Origin: Escherichia coli
GTDB taxonomy: Bacteria; Pseudomonadota; Gammaproteobacteria; Enterobacterales; Enterobacteriaceae
Strand: one strand, 5' to 3'
Assembly: GCF_003334765.1 (NCBI RefSeq)
Contig: NZ_QOWT01000004.1
DNA length: 64,000 nt
The notes beneath the pieces were generated by a model, which did no database searches, had not been told where the DNA came from, and saw only the letters and a list, made by a program, of their open reading frames with translations. Below, in pieces: positions 22,490 through 37,696 of the stretch. Position 1 is the first letter of the stretch. Each line of letters begins with the position of its first letter. A program made the translations under genes and the position numbers.

Positions 22490-23911
22490 TTGCCCCGGCT
22501 GGCGAGCGCGGTGCTGCCACTGTGTTCGCAACATCCCGGTCAGTGTGGCCTTTTTCCTCTGGAGAAAAGTCTGGATGCGTTTGCCGCCCGGTATCGTCTG
22601 GCCGAAATGGCAGAGCATACGCTCGATGTTCAGTATTACATCTGGCAGGACGATATGTCGGGTCGGTTACTGTTTTCCGCCCTGTTAGCCGCAGCAAAGC
22701 GTGGCGTTCGCGTCCGTTTGTTGCTGGACGACAACAATACGCCCGGACTTGACGACATTTTACGCTTGCTTGACAGTCATCCACGCATTGAAGTCCGGCT
22801 TTTTAATCCTTTCTCGTTTCGCTTGCTGCGTCCGCTTGGTTATATCACCGACTTTTCCCGTCTTAATCGCCGTATGCACAATAAAAGTTTCACTGTCGAT
22901 GGCGTGGTGACCCTGGTGGGAGGACGAAATATTGGTGATGCCTATTTTGGAGCAGGGGAGGAGCCACTTTTTTCGGATTTAGATGTCATGGCAATAGGAC
23001 CCGTGGTAGAGGACGTTGCCGATGATTTCGCCCGCTACTGGTATTGCAAATCGGTTTCACCCTTACAGCAGGTGCTGGATGTCCCGGAGGGTGAAATGGC
23101 GGATCGCATCGAGTTACCCGCCTCCTGGCATAACGATGCCATGACGCATCGTTATTTACGCAAAATGGAATCCAGTCCATTTATAAATCATCTGGTTGAT
23201 GGAACATTGCCGCTTATCTGGGCGAAGACACGTTTATTAAGTGATGATCCGGCGAAAGGGGAGGGCAAGGCAAAACGGCATTCACTGTTACCGCAGCGCC
23301 TGTTCGATATCATGGGCTCACCCAGTGAACGCATCGATATTATCTCTTCCTATTTTGTACCGACACGCGCAGGTGTGGCGCAACTCTTACGGATGGTGAG
23401 AAAAGGGGTAAAGATTGCGATCCTAACCAATTCTCTTGCCGCTAACGATGTTGCTGTCGTCCATGCCGGATACGCGCGCTGGCGCAAAAAATTGCTCCGC
23501 TATGGCGTGGAATTATATGAACTCAAGCCGACGCGTGAACAAAGTAGTACGTTACACGATCGCGGCATAACCGGTAATTCCGGAGCCAGCCTGCATGCTA
23601 AAACCTTTAGCATCGATGGTAAAACGGTGTTTATCGGCTCTTTCAATTTCGATCCGCGTTCAACATTGCTCAATACTGAAATGGGCTTCGTGATAGAGAG
23701 CGAAACGCTGGCACAGTTAATTGATAAACGCTTTATTCAGAGCCAGTATGATGCGGCCTGGCAGCTCCGTCTGGACAGGTGGGGACGGATCAACTGGGTT
23801 GATCGTCATGCAAAGAAAGAGATTATTCTCAAAAAAGAACCCGCCACCAGTTTCTGGAAGCGGGTTATGGTCAGACTGGCGTCGATATTGCCCGTGGAAT
23901 GGTTATTGTAA
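22490..23911 (+). CDS. clsC: Cardiolipin synthase C (phospholipase D family, two HKD motifs)
   Basis: Two HxK(x)4D motifs (HNKSFTVDG and HAKTFSIDG). Start placed at the TTG at 22490, 2 nt after the ymdB stop, to give the 473-aa length I recall; an in-frame ATG at 22481 would give 476 aa, so the start is uncertain by a few codons. Confidence 0.85.
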   Translation: MPRLASAVLPLCSQHPGQCGLFPLEKSLDAFAARYRLAEMAEHTLDVQYYIWQDDMSGRLLFSALLAAAKRGVRVRLLLDDNNTPGLDDILRLLDSHPRIEVRLFNPFSFRLLRPLGYITDFSRLNRRMHNKSFTVDGVVTLVGGRNIGDAYFGAGEEPLFSDLDVMAIGPVVEDVADDFARYWYCKSVSPLQQVLDVPEGEMADRIELPASWHNDAMTHRYLRKMESSPFINHLVDGTLPLIWAKTRLLSDDPAKGEGKAKRHSLLPQRLFDIMGSPSERIDIISSYFVPTRAGVAQLLRMVRKGVKIAILTNSLAANDVAVVHAGYARWRKKLLRYGVELYELKPTREQSSTLHDRGITGNSGASLHAKTFSIDGKTVFIGSFNFDPRSTLLNTEMGFVIESETLAQLIDKRFIQSQYDAAWQLRLDRWGRINWVDRHAKKEIILKKEPATSFWKRVMVRLASILPVEWLL

Positions 23912-23918
23912 ATGTGGC

Positions 23919-25076
23919 TTAACGGGCTGGTGCTTTATCGTTCTCACGCTTAACAACCGGTTTACCAGAGAACAAAAACTTCAGTAACGGGATGCGCAAA
24001 TGAATTTCATACAGAATTATCGCAATCCCTACTACAAATATCAGGCCACAGAGAAAACCAAGCCAGTTGGAGGTGATGTGCGGTGTAATGTATGCGCCGA
24101 AAAACAGCGTTAACGGGTGGTGAACCAGATAGATAAACAGCGATGCGTTAACAAAATAAGTCACCCGCGCTGACTGGAAGTTAAGCAAACGGTGGCCAAA
24201 GGAGAAGACCACATTCACCATCCACAGACCGAGGACCATGGTGATCACCGACTCGGTTTCGTACATCCAGGCATCGCCACTGCCATAGCGCTGGTTGAGT
24301 AAATAAGCGACAAACGCCAATGCTGCTGCAAGGGTACAGCCACGAGACGGCGTGGTAAACAAGGCTTTAAGATGAGGGAAAATGAAAGCCAGTGCGCCGA
24401 GGATAAAGAACGGCAAATAAAACAGCGTTTGCATGACAATAAAATTGAACATGCCATTACTCAGAATGGGCGGATACACAATAAAAATCGTTCTTCTTAT
24501 TACCGCATAACCGATGCCGAGGCATAAAAAAATCACCGATAGTTTTACCATCGAGAATTTTTTATTCGTTTTATCAGAATTTTCTAAATTATTTCTGATG
24601 CGCTTAAATATCCATACGCACAGCGTCGTCATGACCACTAACACCAGTAAAAACCACAGGTGTGATATTAATTCCCAGGCCAACGTATTATATTTGTCAT
24701 ACAATGACAGCCCAGGCCAACTTTCCGCTTTTCCTTTGACATATTGCAGCATAATAAATTGCGGTAATGTCAGTAGGGGGATGGCTGTTAACATCGGGAT
24801 ACCTACACGTTCGACACGTACTTTCCACCATTTTTTCAAGGGATAGCGTAAAAAAAGCATGTAGGAAAAGTAGCCGGATATAACGAAAAATACCTGCATG
24901 CGGAACGAGTGGATGAAGTCATTAAAAAGGGTCAGCCACAATGATGATTCGGCGCTATTCACATGCCATGTATGGCTCGAATAGATTAAAGAAATATGAA
25001 AAGGTATCCCTAACAACATCAGCCAGGCGCGGATGGAGTCGAGGAAATATTCACGTTGCGCGGGTACTGGGTTCAT
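23919..25076 (-). CDS. opgC: OPG (osmoregulated periplasmic glucan) succinyltransferase OpgC/MdoC
   Basis: 385-aa polytopic membrane acyltransferase-3-family ORF; convergent with clsC with only 7 bp between stop codons. Confidence 0.9.
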   Translation of the reverse strand: MNPVPAQREYFLDSIRAWLMLLGIPFHISLIYSSHTWHVNSAESSLWLTLFNDFIHSFRMQVFFVISGYFSYMLFLRYPLKKWWKVRVERVGIPMLTAIPLLTLPQFIMLQYVKGKAESWPGLSLYDKYNTLAWELISHLWFLLVLVVMTTLCVWIFKRIRNNLENSDKTNKKFSMVKLSVIFLCLGIGYAVIRRTIFIVYPPILSNGMFNFIVMQTLFYLPFFILGALAFIFPHLKALFTTPSRGCTLAAALAFVAYLLNQRYGSGDAWMYETESVITMVLGLWMVNVVFSFGHRLLNFQSARVTYFVNASLFIYLVHHPLTLFFGAYITPHITSNWLGFLCGLIFVVGIAIILYEIHLRIPLLKFLFSGKPVVKRENDKAPAR

Positions 25077-25358
25077 ATATGGTTAACTAATCTCGGATTT
25101 TTCGTCTTATCCCTGTCGGGTTATGCCTTTAGGCTTGTTGCCATAGTGACACCGACCTGACCGCGCCAGGCGCAGGCTTCAAGGTTTTTATGCATAGCAT
25201 CATCGCTACCACTAACCAGAATGGAAGCGTCTGTAAGACGGTTGATAAATAAATTTGCTGGCAAACCCTACACGAAGTCGATGCTTCTGTCTTTAGGAGA
25301 AGCACGGAAAGTGAAAACGGTTGCAATCAGGTGCTTAATCCATGAGCCAGCGTGCTGA

Positions 25359-29541
<4,183 letters not shown>

Positions 29542-29550
29542 AAACGTAGT

Positions 29551-29650
29551 TGCCTGATGCGCTACGCTTATCAGGCCTACATCGTTCCTGCAATTTATTG
29601 ATTTTGCAAGACTTTGTGGGTCGGATAAGGCGTTCACGCCGCATCCGGCA
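29551..29650. repeat. REP/BIME cluster in the opgH-yceK intergenic region
   Basis: Palindromic units tgcctgatgcgctacgcttatcaggcctac and gtcggataaggcgttcacgccgcatccggca. Confidence 0.7.
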
Positions 29651-29671
29651 AAAACAACGAGCCAATAAAAA

Positions 29672-29697
29672 TACCGGCGTTATGCCGGTATTTTTTT
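29672..29697 (+). terminator. Intrinsic terminator downstream of opgH and the REP elements
   Basis: Stem taccggc / gccggta with loop gttat, followed by T7. Confidence 0.65.
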
Positions 29698-29713
29698 ACG
29701 AAAGAGGTATCAA

Positions 29714-29941
29714 ATGCGTTTAATTGTGGTGAGCATCATGGTGACCTTGCTGAGTGGCTGTGGCAGCATTATTAGTCGCACTATACCGGGGCAGGGGCAT
29801 GGCAACCAATATTATCCCGGTGTGCAATGGGATGTGCGTGACTCCGCCTGGCGTTATGTCACGATCCTTGATCTGCCATTCTCTCTGGTTTTTGATACTT
29901 TACTGCTGCCGATCGACATTCATCATGGCCCGTATGAGTGA
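29714..29941 (+). CDS. yceK: Lipoprotein YceK
   Basis: 75-aa ORF with lipobox (LLSGC) signal peptide. Confidence 0.8.
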   Translation: MRLIVVSIMVTLLSGCGSIISRTIPGQGHGNQYYPGVQWDVRDSAWRYVTILDLPFSLVFDTLLLPIDIHHGPYE

Positions 29942-30316
29942 TTAACGTTCATCCCACTCATCAGCTGCTGCGCGTCCTTCCTCGGTATCCAGCGGTGGCT
30001 CAAGCTGAAATTCCCCCTCGTCCCATTCATGTAATGTATTCTCTTCCTGCCACTCCTGGCGTATCTCTATCTCATCATAGTCGCCATCAAAAACACTTTG
30101 CGCGGCTTCACCGCTAAGCATAGGTAAACATTCACCTTCTTCCCCTTCGTCGGCAAAAAACTCAACTTGCCACATGATGTCGCCGTCCTGCAAAACGTAT
30201 TTTTGGGCATTGAACTGTTGCACATTCGCATCTTCGGCGTCGATGCCGGGGTTGTCTGCAAGAAATTCTTCGCGTGCAGCGTCAATGGCTTCTTCAAGCG
30301 TTGCGTACATGGTCAT
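29942..30316 (-). CDS. msyB: Acidic protein MsyB
   Basis: Highly acidic 124-aa product (start at second Met, MTMYATLEEAID); convergent with yceK with zero spacer between the stop codons. Confidence 0.85.
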   Translation of the reverse strand: MTMYATLEEAIDAAREEFLADNPGIDAEDANVQQFNAQKYVLQDGDIMWQVEFFADEGEEGECLPMLSGEAAQSVFDGDYDEIEIRQEWQEENTLHEWDEGEFQLEPPLDTEEGRAAADEWDER

Positions 30317-30398
30317 CACGATTCTCCCTTTGAGTTGATGAGGTTTCAGGGAAAAGGATAGCTGATTCTCCGCTTTTGCAAGTATGAAAGGCGAAAAA

Positions 30399-31625
30399 TC
30401 AGTTCGATACCTGGGGTATTCGACGACGACGTAGACTGTTCCATGAATAGACTGCGTTGAATAACACTACGCCAGCGGTGACGAGAAATACCGCTCTGAA
30501 ACCGTAGTTCGCTGAAATCGCTGCTCCCATCAATGGTCCGGTAACGTTGCCAATATCACGAAACGATTGGTTATAGCTGAAGATACGCCCGGCGATCTGG
30601 TTGCTCGAGTTGTAAACCAACAGTGTCTGTACGGCGGGGAGTAGTGCACCATCGGCGGCACCGAGCAAAAAACGTAAAATCCCAAGTTGCAATGGCGTCT
30701 GAACGTAAGACATTGGGATCAACAGCAGTACAGAAAAGATCAGCGCTGTAATCAGGATCTTTTCGGGTCCGATTCGATCGCCAAGTTTGCCGAGTCGTGG
30801 TGCACTTAGCAGAGCCGCCACGCCTGGCACCGAGGCGATCATGCCACTGATAAAGGCGACGTTACTGACGTTACCCGCCAGTTCGCGGACATACAGCGTC
30901 AGAATGGGGGCAATTGAGCCCGTCGCCACCTGGATGATTAACGTAGTGACAAACAGGCTGAGTACCAGTTTCGGGTTTTTAAGTGATGTCACCACTTCCC
31001 GCATGTGCAGCATCTCTTTTTTGCTGACCGGCTGGAATTTTTCTCTGATGCAAAACAGGGTGACGAAAAAGCAGAGTATGAGCACACTGGCGGTAATAAA
31101 GAATACCGGACGTAAGCCGTAGCTATCGGCGAGCAGGCCGCCAGCCATTGGGCCGAGCAACGCACCACTAACGCCGCCTGTGGAGAGCGTACCCAGCGCC
31201 CAGCCGCTTTTATTACGCGGTACTTGTGTGGCGATAAGAGCATTAGCGTTGGGGACAAATCCGCCAAGTAACCCAAGAAGCGCCCGCAGGATCAAAAACT
31301 GCCAGATATTTTGTGCCAGCCCCATCAACACCATCACGATGCCCATGCCGAGGGCAGAGCGTAATAGCATGAGTTTTCGGCCTTTACGGTCGGCGAGTCC
31401 ACCCCAAAACGGTGAGGCGATGGCCGAAAATAAAAATGTAATGCTGAAGACAATACCGGACCACATATTCAGGGCGGAGTGACCGGTAACGCCAAGCTGC
31501 TCAACGTAGAGGGGTAAGAAGGGCATTACCAGACTGAAGGCGGCACCGGTAAGAAAACAGCCTAGCCAGGCGACGATCAGGTTTCGTTTCCAGTTTATAG
31601 GGGTGTCATTTTCACAGGGTGACAT
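30399..31625 (-). CDS. mdtG: MFS multidrug efflux transporter MdtG
   Basis: 408-aa ORF with 12 predicted TM segments and MFS signature motifs. Confidence 0.9.
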
Positions 31626-31796
31626 AGCAATCCGCTGTTGGTGCGCCAGGCGCGGTGAACATAAGAAGAAAAGATAAGCACACTAATTATGCGCCCGACT
31701 TCCAGGGGGCGCAATCCAGAGAGCTTTTATCGCTAAATCAGGGGGATTTGCTGTGGTAATGCCGGATGCCATTCTGAAGCATCCGGCATGGGAGAT

Positions 31797-32717
31797 TTAA
31801 TAGCGTGAAGGAACGCCTTCCGGGCGTGTTTTAAAGCGACGGTGTAACCACATATACTGCTCTGGTGCCATCATGATGCATTTTTCGACCACTTTGTTCA
31901 TCCACGCGGCGGTAGTTTCGGCATCATCCAGTGGCGGAGAACACTCTGGCGGCAGCATAATCAATTGATACCCTTTGCCATCTGGCTTACGGCGTGGAAC
32001 GAAGGGCACCAGACATGCGCCGGACATCCGTGCCAGCATCCAGGTTCCGGTCGTGGTCGCAGCCTGCTCAACGGCAAACAACGGGACGAAAACGCTTGAG
32101 CGCGGGCCGTAATCATGATCCGGTGCGTACCAGACCACTTCGCCTTTTTTCAGGGCTTTAATCATGCCTTTTAAATCTTTGCGGTCGAGCATCGATTTAT
32201 TTGAGCGCAAACGGCCCCAGGTTTGTAGCCAGTCAATCAGTGGATTATCGTTCGGGCGATAAACGCCAATACCCGGTTCCTGCATACCAAACTGCCGCGC
32301 ACCCAGCTCCAGTGTCAGAAAATGGATGCCAACTAACAGGATGCCGCGTTTTTGCGCCTGCACGTCACGAATGTGTTCCATGCCGATCACTTCCGTCCAG
32401 CGGGCGATTCGGCGGTCCGGCCAGAACCACGCCATGCCGGTTTCCATCAGGCCCATGCCAACGGATTCGAAATTCTTCACCACCATTTTACGGCGTTCTT
32501 GTTCGCTCATTTCCGGGAAGCACAGTTCCAGGTTGCGATGCACAATTTTTGCGCGTCGTTTCATAAAACGTAACGCCAGTTTTCCTAATCCACAACCGAG
32601 GCGGTAGATAACCGGGTAGGGCAATTGCACGACTAACCAAAGTACGCCAATACCCAACCAGGTTAACCAATAACGCGGATGAAGCAGTGCGGTGGAGAAC
32701 TTGGGTAGATTCGTCAT
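31797..32717 (-). CDS. lpxL: Lipid A biosynthesis lauroyltransferase LpxL (HtrB)
   Basis: Start placed at the ATG (complement 32715-32717; [17 protein letters not shown]) to give 306 aa; the track ORF extends 21 codons upstream. Confidence 0.9.
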
Positions 32718-32941
32718 ATCAATCCTGTTTTTCAACCTATTCGGGCAATTGTATGTATTGTCGCATTTTTTCGCCCGCAACCAAAATTTGTGGCTGAAGA
32801 CTGGGCGAAATTGCCGCGCTTGTAAATAACAAATAATTTTTAATGCGCAAATGTAGCGTAAAATGTGTGGATGTTAATTATCGATAATTGCTATATCATG
32901 CCGCGGATTTTTACTTTCCCATCTCGCAGGAACCGTACACC

Positions 32942-33994
32942 ATGCCAGTGTTACACAACCGCATTTCCAACGACGCGCTAAAAGCCAAAATGTTGGCTGA
33001 GAGCGAACCGCGAACCACCATTTCGTTTTACAAGTATTTCCACATCGCCGATCCTAAGGCGACCCGTGACGCTTTATATCAGCTGTTTACCGCGCTGAAT
33101 GTTTTTGGGCGAGTGTATCTGGCGCATGAGGGCATTAACGCGCAAATCAGCGTACCTGCGAGCAATGTTGAAACATTTCGCGCGCAGCTCTATGCCTTCG
33201 ACCCGGCTTTAGAGGGTTTACGCCTGAATATCGCGTTGGATGATGACGGGAAATCCTTCTGGGTACTGCGCATGAAGGTACGCGATCGCATTGTTGCCGA
33301 CGGTATTGACGATCCTCACTTTGATGCCAGCAATGTTGGTGAGTATCTGCAAGCGGCGGAAGTGAACGCCATGCTTGACGATCCCGATGCACTATTTATC
33401 GACATGCGTAACCACTATGAGTATGAAGTGGGGCACTTTGAAAACGCGCTCGAAATTCCGGCAGATACCTTCCGTGAGCAGCTGCCAAAAGCAGTCGAGA
33501 TGATGCAGGCACATAAAGATAAAAAAATCGTCATGTACTGCACCGGCGGCATTCGTTGTGAAAAGGCCAGTGCCTGGATGAAACATAACGGATTCAACAA
33601 AGTCTGGCATATCGAGGGCGGAATTATTGAATACGCCCGTAAGGCGCGCGAGCAGGGCTTGCCGGTGCGTTTTATTGGCAAAAATTTTGTTTTTGACGAG
33701 CGGATGGGCGAACGTATATCGGATGAGATTATCGCGCATTGCCACCAGTGCGGCGCGCCGTGCGACAGCCATACCAACTGTAAAAATGATGGCTGCCACC
33801 TGCTGTTTATTCAGTGTCCAGTATGCGCGGAAAAATACAAAGGTTGTTGTAGTGAGATTTGCTGCGAAGAAAGCGCGTTACCGCCAGAAGAACAGCGACG
33901 CCGTCGGGCAGGACGTGAAAATGGCAATAAGATCTTTAATAAGTCTCGTGGACGTCTGAATACAACACTGTGCATTCCTGATCCAACAGAATAA
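32942..33994 (+). CDS. trhO: tRNA uridine(34) hydroxylase TrhO (YceA), rhodanese-domain protein
   Basis: Start placed at the ATG at 32942 ([10 protein letters not shown]) for 350 aa; rhodanese active-site Cys loop ([11 protein letters not shown]) and a Cys-rich C-terminus. Confidence 0.88.
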
Positions 33995-34002
33995 ATATCA
34001 TT

Positions 34003-34023
34003 GCCGGATGCGTGCCATCCGGC
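34003..34023. terminator. Hairpin between convergent trhO and yceI (possible bidirectional terminator)
   Basis: gccggatg-cgtgc-catccggc perfect 8-bp stem; the flanking U-tracts are weak. Confidence 0.45.
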
Positions 34024-34035
34024 AACATTTCACGC

Positions 34036-34611
34036 TTACTTCTGCTGTACGCCTTCCACTGAAATAATCAGATCCACTTCCTGAGAAGCTGGACCTAAAT
34101 CTGTCTTGATATTGAAGTCCTTGAGCTTAATTTTGCCTTCGGCCTCGAAGCCTGCACGTTTACCACCCCATGGGTCGTCGCCCTGACCAATTAATTTCGC
34201 TTCCAGCGTGACGGGTTTGGTTACGCCATTCAGCGTCAGATCGCCGGTAATATCCAGTTCGTCACCGTCTTTCTTCACGCTGGTGGAGGTGAATGTTGCC
34301 TGTGGATATTTTGCGGTATTGAGGAAATCTGCACTGCGAAGATGTTTATCGCGTTCGGCGTGATTAGTATCGACGCTGGTGGTGTTAATTGTCACATTCA
34401 CTTTATCGGCAGCCGGATTTTTTTCGTCAAAGGTAAAAGTACCGTCGAAATCTTTAAAGGTGCCGTATAACCAGCTATAGCCAAGGTGCTGGATGCGGAA
34501 ATTAACAAAGGCGTGCTGACCTTCTTTGTCAATTTTGTAATCGGCGGCAACCGCTGAACCGGCAGAGAACATCAGGGACGCGAAGGTTAAACCAAGCAGG
34601 CTTTTTTTCAT
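34036..34611 (-). CDS. yceI: Periplasmic polyisoprenoid-binding protein YceI
   Basis: 191-aa ORF with signal peptide; upstream neighbour is yceJ. Confidence 0.9.
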
Positions 34612-34614
34612 TTT

Positions 34615-35181
34615 TTATACTCCATAGTCAGATGACGACTTTCCCAGCATGCGCTTCAGAGTGTCGTCTTTATCGATGAAATGATGCTTCAGGGCCATAA
34701 ATCCGTGCATAACGGACAGTACTACGACGCTCCACGCGAGCCAAAAATGCAGGGCACCGGCAAAGTCTGCCTGTGCGCCAGCGTCGGCAAGGGTCGCGGG
34801 GACGTCAAACCAGCCAAAAACGCTGATCGGTTTACCATCGGCAGTTGAGATCAGATAGCCGCTGATGCCGATGGCGAAAAGCAATAGGTACAATGCGAGA
34901 TGTCCAGCTCTTGCGGCAAGACGAGTCATGGGCGAATAACTCGGCAGCGGACCCGGCGGTGGAGATATGACACGCCACAGAACGCGAATAACCAGCCCCA
35001 TCATTAACAAAATACCGATGCTTTTATGCAGTTCGGGTGCTTTGTGATACCAGCCATCGTAATAACTGAGCGTGACCATCCACAGACCTAAAGCAAACAT
35101 GCCGTAGACAATAATTGCGCTTAGCCAATGGAAGGCCGCAGATATAACACCATAGCGTTCAGGGGTATTTGTGAATGACAT
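34615..35181 (-). CDS. yceJ: Cytochrome b561 homolog YceJ
   Basis: Start placed at the ATG (complement 35179-35181; MSFTNTPERY) for 188 aa; four TM helices with conserved His residues. Confidence 0.85.
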   Translation of the reverse strand: MSFTNTPERYGVISAAFHWLSAIIVYGMFALGLWMVTLSYYDGWYHKAPELHKSIGILLMMGLVIRVLWRVISPPPGPLPSYSPMTRLAARAGHLALYLLLFAIGISGYLISTADGKPISVFGWFDVPATLADAGAQADFAGALHFWLAWSVVVLSVMHGFMALKHHFIDKDDTLKRMLGKSSSDYGV

Positions 35182-35441
35182 AAGTGCATCCAAAACGAAT
35201 TTGCGAGAGAAAGAAAATGGCGTGTCGGAGAATGAATTGCAACACAAAAATAACAAATTGAATGATATTTATTTTTATTTCAATAATTTTGAATTAATAA
35301 TGAAAGAATCTTCATAAGTTTAGTGGGTTCAGCATCAGAGATGTCTGGTGAGTGCTGTAGAAGCAGGAATAATCTCATTCAATTTTTCACGCTAAATGAA
35401 AGGGAGATTAAATATTTGTCAGTTTATGTCAGTGCGGAAAA

Positions 35442-35582
35442 CTAAAAATAAAACACATAGATCAGATCCATAATTGCCAACAATCCCCAGAGAAAAAGAT
35501 AAAGCATCAGATGCTCGCGAATATTATTGATGAGATAGTGCAACAGCCGACGCATTAAATACTCCTGTAAAAACGGCCTCAT
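35442..35582 (-). CDS. yceO: Small protein YceO (46 aa)
   Basis: Read by hand from the minus strand: [46 protein letters not shown]. Below the track's length cutoff, so not listed there. Matches my recollection of YceO. Confidence 0.65.
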
Positions 35583-35602
35583 TCTGGAGGCCGTAATGAT
35601 GA

Positions 35603-36721
35603 TTATTGGAAGCGGGAAAGCCTGAATGGCGTCAAATCAAAATCGCTTTTTTTGTCTTGCGCAAAATCGGCAGCTATTTCCCCTAAAACTGACGCAAATT
35701 TAAAACCGTGCCCACTCAGGCCGGTAATGAGCAGTGTATTATCGTGGCCGGGTAGGGTATCGATAATAAAATCTTCGTCAGGCGAATTATCATAGGTGCA
35801 GGCAGCGCCGTACAGGCAGCAACCGATACCCGGCAATACATTGCGCAAGAACGGGAAGGCTTCTGACCCATCACTGGCCACTTCCGCAAACGGAACACGT
35901 TCATCCGCTGAATGGATAACCTGGCCTCCGTTATGTTTGCCAATCTTCAACGCGTCGTTTTCTGCCGGAAAACCATAATATTGATCGCCATTGGGCAGTT
36001 CACCGGTAAACGCCGGGAATTTATTCTTCACGCTATAGCGGCCATCGGCCTGATACCAGGCAAATACTTTGCGTACGGGCTGGACAGGCAGCTCCGGGAG
36101 CAGGTCTTTTACCCATGTTCCCGCGCAGACAATCGCTTTTTTCGCCTGATACTCACCGTCAGCCGTTTCAATAGTTACGCCATCATCGTCATGACGAATT
36201 GCGGTGACCGGGCAGTTGAACAGTTGCGCACAGCCCGCTTCCTTCGCCAGTTGGATCCAGGTTTTAATCGCCAGTTCGCTGCGCAAAAAACCGGAATCAG
36301 TTTCAAATAAGCCGATGTAGTTGTCCGGGACGCGTATTTCCGGCCAGCGGGCCATAATCCCTTGCGCATCGAGCTTTTCAACGTTGAGTTGCCATTGTTC
36401 GGCGCTGTGGGCGACGTTGGCGAGAAATGTGGAATCAGCCGGGCCAAGGTTAATGACGCCAGAGCGTACAAAAATGGGATCTTCTTCGTTGTGGCGGGAG
36501 AGTTCATCCCACAGCGTTTGCGCGCGGAGGACCAGCGGGACATACTTTTCGCCTTCACCATAAGCATGGCGAATTAATCGCGTATCGCCGTGGTGGCTGC
36601 CGTGTTGATGCGGTGGCATATGGGCGTCGGTCATTAGCACGTTTAAACCGGCGCGGGTTGCATAATACCCGGCGGCAGCGCCTACGGAACCGCTGCCAAT
36701 AATGATGAGATCGTATTTCAT
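35603..36721 (-). CDS. solA: N-methyl-L-tryptophan oxidase SolA (FAD-dependent)
   Basis: 372-aa ORF with N-terminal FAD-binding GxGxxG ([15 protein letters not shown]). Confidence 0.92.
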
Positions 36722-36835
36722 TTTTTTCTCTCTGCTCTCATGGTTTAAGCAGAGTAATTAACTGAATGCAGATATACAACCCAGAAATGGTAAAGGCACC
36801 GGTGAGGTGCCTTTTGGGTGGATGGTCATGTCATG

Positions 36836-37090
36836 TTAATGACGCCGATACTCGTTTACCTGGAAATCACCGGATTCAATTTTGGCGATTCCTGCTTCTA
36901 ATATCGAAATAAATTGTCTGGCAACATCAGTGGTTAACCAGAGCGTCTGACCAACTTCAGTCCCTTCCTGCTCGGACTTATTTGGGGTCTGGTAGTGCAA
37001 ACGCAACATCAGCGCATCATAGCTATCAACGGTGCTGATGTCCCACCCTACGAGCGGATGAGTCTGAATGACTTCATTATTTTTTTCCAT
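36836..37090 (-). CDS. bssS: Biofilm regulator BssS
   Basis: 84-aa ORF (start at the second Met of the track ORF). Confidence 0.82.
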   Translation of the reverse strand: MEKNNEVIQTHPLVGWDISTVDSYDALMLRLHYQTPNKSEQEGTEVGQTLWLTTDVARQFISILEAGIAKIESGDFQVNEYRRH

Positions 37091-37332
37091 CATGGCCCCC
37101 TAATTCGTGTTACTAGACAACGTTATTCGAGGTTCAATGCGTTTTTATCTGAAGCAACTTCAGTATACCAATAAGTAAGGGTATTCACCGAATTTTTAAA
37201 GGGGGAAACAGATAAATTTCTGCTTTTAAGATTTATATGAACAATAAAACAGCATGTCATTCATATTTTTTTAGCATATTGTGCAATTATTTTGAGGAAG
37301 TGTAGAAATTTTGTACTCAAAATTCGTAAGTA

Positions 37333-37367
37333 AAATAAAAAAGCCGGGGCGACCCGGCAAAAAAAAA
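37333..37367 (-). terminator. Intrinsic terminator downstream of dinI (symmetric A/T flanks)
   Basis: Stem gccggg / cccggc with loop gcga, flanked by A8 upstream and A9 downstream on the plus strand (U-tract on the dinI transcript). Confidence 0.6.
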
Positions 37368-37377
37368 TCACTGCATA

Positions 37378-37623
37378 TTATTCGCTGACAAACCAGTCAT
37401 CGGCGCTTTCCCACGTTTCCTGGAGAATTTCACTAATGCGCTGTTTATCTTCTTTTGTCGCGCCAATAACCGATAAATTATTCGCTGCGGCATAACGTAC
37501 CGATACGTGGCCTTCATTATCAGGAAACGCATACTGAATACGGCGGGAAAGTTCGCCAGCCAGGGCGTCAATAGCCCCAGCTGGCAATGGAGAAGTTTTC
37601 GCTATGGTGACTTCAATTCGCAT
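37378..37623 (-). CDS. dinI: DNA damage-inducible protein DinI
   Basis: 81-aa ORF (MRIEVTIAKTSPLPAGAIDALAGELSRRIQYAF...); the track ORF is extended upstream by 44 codons across the LexA box, which is not credible. Confidence 0.9.
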   Translation of the reverse strand: MRIEVTIAKTSPLPAGAIDALAGELSRRIQYAFPDNEGHVSVRYAAANNLSVIGATKEDKQRISEILQETWESADDWFVSE

Positions 37624-37642
37624 AATAGCCCCCTGTTGAATA

Positions 37643-37662
37643 TACTGGTTATTTATACAGGT
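37643..37662 (-). promoter_or_regulatory. LexA (SOS) box in the dinI promoter
   Basis: Minus strand reads ACCTGTATAAATAACCAGTA (CTGT-N8-ACAG consensus class), about 20 bp upstream of the dinI start. Confidence 0.8.
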
Positions 37663-37696
37663 AAAATAACCTAATGACAACAGGAAGCTACGATTT

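Noticed and set aside
25129-25326. 65-aa ORF in the opgC-opgG divergent intergenic region
   Set aside because: No ribosome-binding site noticed, no recognisable features, and it lies in a region expected to carry divergent promoters. Likely a chance ORF.
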